From Naegleria gruberi (Eukaryota): 64,000 nucleotides of DNA. Positions within the stretch are counted from its first letter, which is position 1; each line of letters begins with the position of its first letter. Below are positions 55,996 through 64,000 of the stretch, one piece after another. Made by a program: the position numbers and the translations under genes. Location of the stretch: the NCBI GenBank assembly GCA_000004985.1, contig GG738851.1. One strand, given 5' to 3'. The notes beneath the pieces are model-generated. The model was not told the origin of the DNA. It was given only the letters and a program-made list of their open reading frames with translations, and did no database searches.

Positions 55996-57495
55996 ATGCA
56001 ATTTCATAAAAATCTTGCCCGTACATTGATTTCAGCCACTGCCAAGAAGGCAGCAACAACATCGGCACGTAGAGGAGGTGTTTCAATGATGGTGGCTTCT
56101 GGTACTATTAATTCATCTTCATGTAATAAGAAGGTTAATTTTGGATCGACTTTGGTGCATCAATCGGGTGTTGTTACTTCATCAATTAAAAATTATCATA
56201 CCACAAATTCTAACAAGAAGGTTGTTCCTTTCTTGTTGGCAGATATTGGTGAAGGTATTACAAAGGTTGAAGTTGTTAAATGGTTTATTAAAGAAGGAGA
56301 CCACATTGAACAATTCCAAAATGTTGCTGAAGTGATGAGCGACAAGGCAAATGTTGAAATTAGTAGTCGTTTTGATGGTATTGTTAAGAAGTTGTGTTAC
56401 AAGGTTGGTGACATTGCCAATGTTGGTGCTCCATTGATTGAAATTGAAGTTGCTGATTCTACTGCCTCTCCAACAGCTAGTACTCCATCATCAACAAGCA
56501 CAACAGAAACTAAAACAACAACAACAACTTCTTCATCTACTAGTTGTTCTTCATCAGATCTTGCTGAAGCATCATTCGGAAAGACTTTAACAACACCAGC
56601 TGTGAGAAGAATTGCTCGTGAAAATAATATTGATTTAACAAAGGTACAAGCTACTGGAAGAAATGGTAGAGTTTTGAAGGAAGATGTCTTGTCTTATTTG
56701 GAAAATCCAACTAAACATACTGAAAAACAATCGGAAAAGGTTGCTGCTGTTCCAGAACAAACTACTACTGCAGCTCCATCTACACCAGTTGTTGGTGATC
56801 GTAGAGAACCTGTCAGAGGACTTATGCGTACCATGATTAAGACTATGAATGCTGCTACTAAAGTTCCACACTTTGGATACAAGGATGAAGTTTATGTAGA
56901 TAATTTGATGACTCTTAGAAATCATTTGAAGAAGACAGCCGAAAGACAAGGTGTCAAATTGAGCTATATGCCATTTATTATTAAGGCTGTTTCTTTAGCT
57001 CTCAAGGAATATCCAGTTTTGAACTCTTCTCTCTCTGAAGACGAAAGTGAAATTATTTACAAGGGTGAACATAATATTGGTGTTGCTATGGATACACCAA
57101 ATGGTTTGTTGGTTCCAAACATCAAGTCTGTCCAAAATAAGTCTATACTCGAGATTGCTGCTGAATTGAATCGTCTTCAAGAATTGGGCAAGCAAGGAAA
57201 GCTTGGTTCTAATGATTTGAGAGGTGGTACTTTCACATTGTCAAACATTGGTACTATTGGTGGTACTTATGCTGATCCAATTCTTTCAATTCCTGAAGTT
57301 TGCATTGGTGCTATTGGTATGATTAAGAAGACTGCCACTTTTGATTCACACAATAATGTTGTTCCAAAACACATTATGTACATGAGTTGGGCTGCTGATC
57401 ACCGTGTTGTTGATGGTGCTACCATGGCCAGATTCTCTAACGTGTGGAAGGAATATTTGGAAAATCCAGACAATTTCATTGTTGCCCTTAAATAA
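55996..57495 (+). CDS. Lipoamide acyltransferase (E2) of the branched-chain alpha-keto acid dehydrogenase complex (DBT-like), with a mitochondrial presequence
   Basis: The lipoyl domain ADIGEGITKVEVVKWFIKEGDHIEQFQNVAEVMSDKANVEISS closely matches DBT. The E3-binding region is PAVRRIARENNIDLTKVQATGRNGRVLKEDV. The catalytic region has DHRVVDGA. Confidence 0.85.
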   Translation: MQFHKNLARTLISATAKKAATTSARRGGVSMMVASGTINSSSCNKKVNFGSTLVHQSGVVTSSIKNYHTTNSNKKVVPFLLADIGEGITKVEVVKWFIKEGDHIEQFQNVAEVMSDKANVEISSRFDGIVKKLCYKVGDIANVGAPLIEIEVADSTASPTASTPSSTSTTETKTTTTTSSSTSCSSSDLAEASFGKTLTTPAVRRIARENNIDLTKVQATGRNGRVLKEDVLSYLENPTKHTEKQSEKVAAVPEQTTTAAPSTPVVGDRREPVRGLMRTMIKTMNAATKVPHFGYKDEVYVDNLMTLRNHLKKTAERQGVKLSYMPFIIKAVSLALKEYPVLNSSLSEDESEIIYKGEHNIGVAMDTPNGLLVPNIKSVQNKSILEIAAELNRLQELGKQGKLGSNDLRGGTFTLSNIGTIGGTYADPILSIPEVCIGAIGMIKKTATFDSHNNVVPKHIMYMSWAADHRVVDGATMARFSNVWKEYLENPDNFIVALK

Positions 57496-57603
57496 ATGAG
57501 TTTATCAATTTTGATCAAATTCATAAGATGAGAATTTAGTGAGTCAATCGAGTTGGTTTCGTTATAACGCTAAAATTAGATTTACATTTTAAATTTGAAA
57601 AAA

Positions 57604-59109
57604 ATGAAAAAAGATCCTCTATTAGATCTGAAGGAAGAGGAATGGAGTTATGTAGCTCACAACATGCTGGATACCTATTCTTTCTGTCATATCATTTCGT
57701 ACATGCCCTATTTCTATCAATCAAAATATAAAAGATTAAACAAGTTTACTTTGAAATGGGTCGAATATCAACAGAAATATACCATTGTTCAGAGAATAAT
57801 CAAGAAAGTTAGACCTCATTACTATGAAAACTTTGAAAGCAACAACTTGGTGAATGAACAAAGTGTGTTAATTGATCTTGATGATTTGAAATTTGTAGAA
57901 AAACAAGATTTTGAGAAATTGGAATTTAAGAATTATTTGGAAGATCCCGAAATGTTAGAGAAAATGATCAAACAGTTATATTATTTGGATGATTATAGAT
58001 GGTTATTGTATTGGAATAATGTTGGAGATAAATTTTTCGATCAAGAAACAGTTTATGATCCTAAAATGCTGTTTGATAGGAAATATTCAGAGAATTATGA
58101 ATTGGAAGGAACTCAATCGTTGGTTTCGAGAAAGTTCTTGAACAATTTTTCAATGTGTTTCACAATTATTGGACTGAAAGATATGAAAACCCCACTTAAA
58201 CATTATTTAAAGCGATTGAATAGTATTGGAGTGGTTGCAGCTGAGTTTCTATTTTGTGATTATAAATTATTGAATGAATATAATCCAAAAAGATTTTATG
58301 ACATGGCTACACCCTATTTCACAAATTGTTTTTTGAGCCTTACAAAGTATCCTCCTACTGGCAATGAACATGAAAGCGCAAAAAGCTCAAAAGTTACCAA
58401 CTTTATCCCAGCAAAGTCCAACATCAAGTCCATAAAGAGAGCTAGAAAGTATCTGATAGAGTGTGCAAATGTTCATGGTGTACATGCCTCACTAATACCA
58501 AGAGGTGAACTATTTACATACTCTTTATTCGATAAGGAAACTAAAACCAAGTTGAATTGGGAGCAAGTCAAATCTATTTATGAGAATTCAATTCTATCTA
58601 TTTCTGAAAAGTTTACAAATCCTGCCCTCAAGAAGGAAATGGATATTACTCAATATCTATTCGAACCAATTTTGGATAAAGCAAGAAAGACCTATCTTTC
58701 AGAAAAGAGTGAAAATGGATTTTTGAAATCACTAAATCAATTCCAACTTGATCCAGAAGTAAAGGAAAATAAGGATCGTTTAGAATATATTCTGAAATTG
58801 GTTGATGATGATTGTTTCCAAAGATTGTGCAATAGGTCTAAATCTCTTCCACAAATGGTTAAATCCCTTGATTTTGAAACCAAAACCAAATTCCAAAAAT
58901 TCCATCTCCACACAACTCTCCAAATCAAAAAGTTCAAATTGGAAAGCTTTAAACTATACAGTTGGGAAATTGACTTTTTAAATTCATCACTCACATTCAC
59001 ACCATCCAAAAAAGAATCAATTATTGTAGACCCTCCAAAGAATCAATCAAGCACTCAAAAGAAAAAGAAATATACCAAAATTGTGGTAGAAGATAAAGAA
59101 TTTCAATAA
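57604..59109 (+). CDS. Hypothetical protein, 501 aa
   Basis: ATG at 57604. Long clean ORF. No domain recognised. Confidence 0.45.
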   Translation: MKKDPLLDLKEEEWSYVAHNMLDTYSFCHIISYMPYFYQSKYKRLNKFTLKWVEYQQKYTIVQRIIKKVRPHYYENFESNNLVNEQSVLIDLDDLKFVEKQDFEKLEFKNYLEDPEMLEKMIKQLYYLDDYRWLLYWNNVGDKFFDQETVYDPKMLFDRKYSENYELEGTQSLVSRKFLNNFSMCFTIIGLKDMKTPLKHYLKRLNSIGVVAAEFLFCDYKLLNEYNPKRFYDMATPYFTNCFLSLTKYPPTGNEHESAKSSKVTNFIPAKSNIKSIKRARKYLIECANVHGVHASLIPRGELFTYSLFDKETKTKLNWEQVKSIYENSILSISEKFTNPALKKEMDITQYLFEPILDKARKTYLSEKSENGFLKSLNQFQLDPEVKENKDRLEYILKLVDDDCFQRLCNRSKSLPQMVKSLDFETKTKFQKFHLHTTLQIKKFKLESFKLYSWEIDFLNSSLTFTPSKKESIIVDPPKNQSSTQKKKKYTKIVVEDKEFQ

Positions 59110-59335
59110 ATCTACTAGGTAGGTCAACAAGCATCCCTCCAATTTAAATTATTTCAATCCCACACATAAAGAATTATCTCTTAAAGAATATGAAATGTAT
59201 GAGATAATAAAGTCGGATGAAATGAGGAACAAATGTCATTCGGATTAAATGAAGAGAGGAAGAAATGCAAGAATTAAAACGCCACAATTTCAAAAAACAT
59301 AAACAGATTTGTCCCTTGATTGTGAAAAAAAATTG

Positions 59336-60222
59336 ATGATGAATAATCTCAATCGATTGAAAGTCCTTAAAACTATTGTGGGAAGAGAAGTTTCTGAAGG
59401 TGCAGGAATTAAAGTTTGTAGAACCATTGGAGGACAATCTGTTTCCTATCATGATCCATTTCTATTACTCGATGAAGCTAAAATACCAAATCCTAAAAAT
59501 GGATTTCCAGAACATCCACATAAGGGATTTGAAGCTATTTCTTATATTTTGAATGGCAATTCCAAACATAAAGATAGTTTAGGTAAAAGTGGGTTTCTTT
59601 CTTCAGGTGATGCTTTATGGATGACTGGTAGGTTTAATATAACTTTACAATTTAAAACAATGTAAAAGCTGGTCGAGGTATAAGACATGAAGAAACTCCT
59701 ATTGGAAATGGTCCTTTACATGCATTCCAAATATGGGTTAATTTAAGTGCTAAAGATAAATTAATTGAACCATACAGCCAAGTTTTAAAATCAAGTGAAA
59801 ATCCAAAAAAGCAAATTTCTGAACATGTTCACTTGACACTTTTAGCTGGTAAAAGTATTTCACATGATTTAACTAGTTCTGTACTTTTAAAAACTCCAGT
59901 TTTAGTTAGTCATGTCAAAATCAGCAAGAAGAATGAAAAACTCACAGAAACAATTCCAAAAGGATTTCAAGGTTTAGTTTATTTATTTGCAGGTGATGCA
60001 ACAATTGAAAATCAACAATTTGTTGAAAAATCTGCAATTTTATTTGAAGAAACAAGTGAAGATTCTCTATTAGAAATTGATTCAACCTCAGATCAAGTTC
60101 AATTCTTAATTTTATCAGGAAAACCAATTAAGGAGCCAATTGCAAGACATGGACCATTCGTTATGAATACAAAAGAGGAAATTATGCAAGCTTTTCAGGA
60201 TTATCATTCTGGATTGTTTTAA
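59336..60222 (+). CDS. Pirin (bicupin). CDS join(59336..59627,59669..60222).
   Basis: Motifs GFPEHPHKGFEAISYILNG and WMTG|AGRGIRHEE, joined by a 41-nt GTAGGT intron. Also PLHAFQIWVNL. Confidence 0.85.
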
Positions 60223-60298
60223 ATAAACATGACTCTCTCTTAACATAACTAACACCTTAGAGAGATGAGAGAAGTAAAAAACGACCACCTTAAAAAAA

Positions 60299-61054
60299 AT
60301 GACTCAAGAGAAGGAACCTCAACTACTTATTGAGAACGATAGTTTTGGCTGTGACAGAGCAGCAACCATACATTTTAGAGTAAATGGCGTGAATGCTATC
60401 CCAGAAATGTATGACTATGTCAAGAGTGAGATTATTGTTGATAATTACTTCCAGATGGAACCAATATGCACTATTGCACACGGAGATTGGCCCAAAACAA
60501 GGGTTTCAATTTCCAACGATTCTACCAATTCTTCTTTCATTTACAAAGGTAAAGTGGGAAAAGAGGAATTCGGCTCTAATTATGAACTAATTCAACACAT
60601 CCTCCAAATTAAAAACCATGAGCCATCCCTTGATCAAGGGATTAGCCAGGAGTTCTTTACTACTACAACAACTCTTCGTCACATTTTCAAACACAAACAA
60701 GATGATGTAGAATTACATATATGTGTTTTGAAATTAGGTCAAGATATGTATTATAACTTTGGAAAGATCAGAAAAACAGGTAAAATTGAAGACAGCAAAT
60801 TCATTTTGCTTGAGCACTTGAAGAAATTGACTGTTGTAGATGATATGTTTGTCATGGACCCAGTTAACACTCCTGTAATCCAAAAGATGTTACACGAGAT
60901 GAATCCTTTACTAGAATCTATTGACAGCTATAAATTGCACCCAATTGATAATAAGTATGCCAGCTCAATGTCTGGCACAGTTATTAGCCCATCTATTGAG
61001 AACACAGAGCTGGCGAAATTAATGCACACTTTCAAATACATGGACTATGAATAA
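60299..61054 (+). CDS. Hypothetical protein, 251 aa
   Basis: Clean ORF with an A-run before the ATG. Confidence 0.45.
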   Translation: MTQEKEPQLLIENDSFGCDRAATIHFRVNGVNAIPEMYDYVKSEIIVDNYFQMEPICTIAHGDWPKTRVSISNDSTNSSFIYKGKVGKEEFGSNYELIQHILQIKNHEPSLDQGISQEFFTTTTTLRHIFKHKQDDVELHICVLKLGQDMYYNFGKIRKTGKIEDSKFILLEHLKKLTVVDDMFVMDPVNTPVIQKMLHEMNPLLESIDSYKLHPIDNKYASSMSGTVISPSIENTELAKLMHTFKYMDYE

Positions 61055-61181
61055 ATCATCAGGTTGAAGGAAAATCTAACACAAATGATTTTGACCAAAT
61101 TCCATGAATTGACTCCAAGTTTAAATGAATTGTTGAAATTCCTTTAACTAATTTCATTCATCATTAAATTTAATTAAAAAA

Positions 61182-61850
61182 ATGAGTTTAGCCAATCGAG
61201 TGATGATGGATGAATTGATAGAAGAACACGAAGGAGAATCAATTATTATTAAATTGGATCATCACTTCGGATCATCAATATTAACCAACTTTTACCGATC
61301 CATTCCCAAAAACAATAGTAAATTAATTAATGATCAACAATTTCTTCAATTATTCAAAGGTAAAGAATTGAATACATTCAAAACTCCACAATTACTCTAC
61401 AGAGCAAGTAGAGATGGGTTTTCTTCAGAAAGCTTTCACAAAAAATGTGACGACCAATTTAAAGTTGTGATTATTGTAAAGTCCAAGGCTGGAGATTTAT
61501 TTGGAGGATTTACAACGCAAAATTTAAGACGAGATGGACCAACTGTACATGTTAGAGATGAACAATTATTTACTTTCAGATTTCAGAATGACAAGTTTTA
61601 CACTTTCAGATTACAACCAACCTTACTTAATTATGTGTTGCATAGATATAATGATACCCACTTGTTTGCATTTGGGTATTGCTTTTGGGTGTGCTCTGAT
61701 GCCAATATCCAAACTGCATCTGGTTCACACCAAGCTGAAAACTTCATTCTGGAGGAATGCAAATTGCCAATAGGATCACCATACTTTTTTAGTCAAAGTA
61801 CTCTAGGTACTCTAGTGGAAGATTTAGAAGTTCACAAAATCACAGACTAG
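61182..61850 (+). CDS. TLDc-domain protein
   Basis: LLYRASRDGFSSESFHKKCDDQFKVVIIVKSKAGDLFGGFT is the TLDc signature. Confidence 0.7.
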   Translation: MSLANRVMMDELIEEHEGESIIIKLDHHFGSSILTNFYRSIPKNNSKLINDQQFLQLFKGKELNTFKTPQLLYRASRDGFSSESFHKKCDDQFKVVIIVKSKAGDLFGGFTTQNLRRDGPTVHVRDEQLFTFRFQNDKFYTFRLQPTLLNYVLHRYNDTHLFAFGYCFWVCSDANIQTASGSHQAENFILEECKLPIGSPYFFSQSTLGTLVEDLEVHKITD

Positions 61851-61997
61851 AGAAATACTGAAATTTACTGGAAATCCATCCTGTCACCATATGGTTAGTT
61901 GCAATATTGAATAATTGACCAGACATTACTTAAAGTCCTAACTGCTGATTCTTAAGCCTCTATAATAAAGATTGTGGTTCATATGAAAATGGAAAAA

Positions 61998-62115
61998 GAC
62001 TACAGCACCACAGGTTCCCAAGTTGTCTCCAACCTCAGTACTGATGTGGCTCGACGATGCTTAACTTCTCAAATCGGACGGGATGAGGTGCATTCATCGT
62101 GATATGGCCGTAGCC
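61998..62115 (-). rRNA. 5S ribosomal RNA, second copy, inverted
   Basis: It is the reverse complement of the 32139-32256 copy with two substitutions, U to C and A to G. A T5 run follows on the coding strand. Confidence 0.9.
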
Positions 62116-62508
62116 ATTCATTTTATTAAAATGTGAAACATAAATCAGATTCTCACAACTCTTTGCTGGTAAAATATTATAGATTGTTGGAAAACTTTAG
62201 AAGTGAAACAATGAGATGAATAGTAGCCATCCATACTCTCAAAAATCATTCCTTATTAATTGAAATACATTAAATTTTGTTTCTAAAATACGAATTTCTA
62301 TTGTTTTAGTTCAAGAGGAGTTGACCAATCAATCTACAACATAACTTAAATCAATAACAAATCTTTATCTGAATTGCGAAATAGTTCAAAATTTCAAGCT
62401 TTCATTGTCTCTTCCTCTCATCATTTTAGTAACCAACGAGAGAGGGTTTTGAAGTATCAAGTCGAAGGAAATAAATTGTTTGCATTGTTTTGAATGGTAT
62501 CAGGTGAA

Positions 62509-62961
62509 TTAGATTCCGCATTCCTTTTCAAATTCCTTAACATCAAACTTGGTCTTGGTAGAAGCATACTTGATAGCCTTTTCAACTTGTTGGGAATTTT
62601 TGAGCTTTCCCTTGGCAATATAGGTTGCAACGGTCTTTCTATTGGCACTAGTTTCTGGCAAGGTGGATTGAATTAGCTTGACCAATAATGGACCACATTG
62701 ATAGTTGAATTGTGGTGATGTGATTTCCAATGGAATTTGTACTTCATTGACAAGTGTGATGAATTTAGCAGAAAGACTCTTGCTCTTGGTTAAATTGAGA
62801 ATATCCTTCTTGGTCAAGCCTACGATGGCCATTACTTTTTCTTGGTCCATTTTGATCAAATTGAAATTTTTAGTTGGTTGTTTTTTTTGTTGAATATTAT
62901 TTGATGAATAAATAACATGGTCTTTTTGATGACCAAACTTGGATTTTGTTCCAGTTTCCAT
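62509..62961 (-). CDS. Stand-alone protein that resembles the first N-terminal helical subdomain of eukaryotic glutaminyl-tRNA synthetase (YqeY/GatB-like fold)
   Basis: ...KSLSAKFITLVNEV...CGPLLVKLIQSTLPETSANRKTVATYIAKGKLKNSQQVEKAIKYA...KFDVKEFEKECGI* parallels human QARS ...[37 protein letters not shown]...TVDFERECGV. A stop follows directly. There is no downstream catalytic domain, because the 5S gene lies 400 bp away. Confidence 0.5.
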   Translation of the reverse strand: METGTKSKFGHQKDHVIYSSNNIQQKKQPTKNFNLIKMDQEKVMAIVGLTKKDILNLTKSKSLSAKFITLVNEVQIPLEITSPQFNYQCGPLLVKLIQSTLPETSANRKTVATYIAKGKLKNSQQVEKAIKYASTKTKFDVKEFEKECGI

Positions 62962-63212
62962 TTCAATACAGTGCACCAGTGTTGTAAACTTGAATCTTTA
63001 AACTTCCATTAAATTTTTAGTCAATTCATTGTAGTTAATACTAAACGCCTTGATGGAAGGTTCAATGGAGACGAGCACATCAGTGTGAAAGAGTTAAAAT
63101 CCTTTATTCTTTCCTTCAAACAAGCAGACGAATCTTTACATACAAATTTCGAATTAAGAGTAGACAACATGGGTGTGAGCTAAAAAGTAAATAGCAATAC
63201 CATTGTTAATAC

Positions 63213-63932
63213 TTATTCCTCCTTTAATAAAAATTTTCCAAGCAACGCATGAAGTTTTTGAGCTGCTCTTGCCTTTTCTTCCTTTGAGGAGAATAAATCA
63301 TCCAAATTCCTTGTTGAAATAAGAGTTTCCAATGTGGTCAAATGCTCTGTAAAGGTAAGATTATGATCTGAAACAAATCTTACTTGCTTCTTCTTTTCCA
63401 TTCTTTCACTTGTTGGTTCAATTGGTTGATGAGGTCTAATGGGGCTCTTCTTTAGTATTGGCGTAATGGCTACATTATTCATATTTGGGGAGCTATGTTT
63501 TTGTGCACTGGTTTGAGTTATCTGAGTTTCATCATCTTCTATACTGGTTTTTTCTGGTGTTGACTCTCCCACTGATGTTAATTGGACATCAGGTTTTTCA
63601 ATCTTGACCTGATTTTCAGGAGCTGTAAAAGTTATAGAGCACGACGAGGATGAATTGGATTGTTTTGGGGTACATCCAGATTCCAACTTGCTGAATAAAT
63701 CTTCTACAGATGAACTATTTTCCTTCTCTTCCTCTTTCATTATTGGAGATAATTCCAAAGCTCTATTAAAATCAGGAGTGATAAGGTTAATCACTCTTTC
63801 ACCATTCTCTTTTTTAGGAGTAATTGGAATATCTTTGATATCTATCATGGAACTGTCATTCAGCAGGTTATTTGGTGCAAGATTATTATTAACGACAACT
63901 GGAGCAGAAACAATATCGCTAATATTAAGCAA
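63213..63932 (-). CDS. Hypothetical acidic S/T/P-rich protein
   Basis: 239-aa ORF. The protein may be longer through upstream exons beyond the window. Confidence 0.4.
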   Translation of the reverse strand: MLNISDIVSAPVVVNNNLAPNNLLNDSSMIDIKDIPITPKKENGERVINLITPDFNRALELSPIMKEEEKENSSSVEDLFSKLESGCTPKQSNSSSSCSITFTAPENQVKIEKPDVQLTSVGESTPEKTSIEDDETQITQTSAQKHSSPNMNNVAITPILKKSPIRPHQPIEPTSERMEKKKQVRFVSDHNLTFTEHLTTLETLISTRNLDDLFSSKEEKARAAQKLHALLGKFLLKEE

Positions 63933-64000
63933 ATTATTTACAGTTTCCTTCTTGACCTTTACCTCAACCTCTTCATCACTATCATCAATGGATAGAAGTG

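Noticed and set aside
62490-62520. An intron continuing the GlnRS-NTD-like ORF into a full synthetase
   Set aside because: There is no GT donor at or near the stop. The downstream 400 bp is non-coding and is followed by the 5S gene, so there is no room for a ~2 kb catalytic region.
1-64000. CRISPR arrays or prokaryotic operon structure
   Set aside because: The sequence is clearly eukaryotic: it has spliceosomal introns, a Pol III tRNA and 5S genes, and monocistronic genes with A-rich 5' contexts. The only periodic repeats are the protein-coding LRR and EGF arrays.

Overview
This 64 kb window looks like gene-dense, AT-rich nuclear DNA from a dictyostelid-like social amoeba (Amoebozoa). The reasons are poly-N/Q/T coding tracts, A-runs before start codons, and a tRNA gene with a downstream 'external B box' copy of its own 3' end. 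Introns are very short, mostly 37-69 nt, with GTAAGT-type donors. I call about 45 protein-coding genes, one tRNA-Ile(AAU) and two almost identical 5S rRNA genes. The 5S genes are about 30 kb apart, in opposite orientation, each with a T-run terminator. Protein genes I recognise with confidence are UFD2/E4, a MESH1-like HD-domain (p)ppGpp hydrolase, beta-amylase (GH14), BolA, an insulin-degrading-enzyme-like M16 peptidase, a tandem ubiquitin-like protein, an NHL-propeller/EGF-repeat membrane protein, an Arf-like GTPase, an RBM39/CAPER-like splicing factor, a kinesin, an EndoG-like nuclease, a class IV sirtuin, a PHOSPHO1/2-like HAD phosphatase, BCKDH E2 (DBT-like), pirin and a TLDc protein. Several F-box/LRR, DUF4116, coiled-coil and low-complexity proteins are also present. 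No CRISPR array or recognisable transposon was found. The points most worth a second look are listed here. (1) The 5' end holds two broken bacterial or phage-type nuclease genes: a YqaJ-like exonuclease remnant and a frameshifted AAA-ATPase-like/PDDEXK_9 gene. (2) The two 5S genes are chromosomal and inverted, and a stand-alone GlnRS N-terminal-domain-like ORF sits next to the second one. (3) The NHL/EGF gene is bracketed by a direct repeat that is a 3' fragment of a neighbouring gene, and it carries internal 117-bp EGF-unit duplications. (4) A 72-bp tandem repeat array encodes an F-box/LRR protein and is interrupted by 1-nt deletions. (5) A two-unit ubiquitin variant diverges from the normally invariant ubiquitin. 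(6) An Arf-like GTPase has altered catalytic motifs. (7) A GC-rich island with no ORF could be a non-coding RNA. All coordinates and splice sites were derived by hand from the sequence. Functional calls rest on remembered family motifs, not on database searches.
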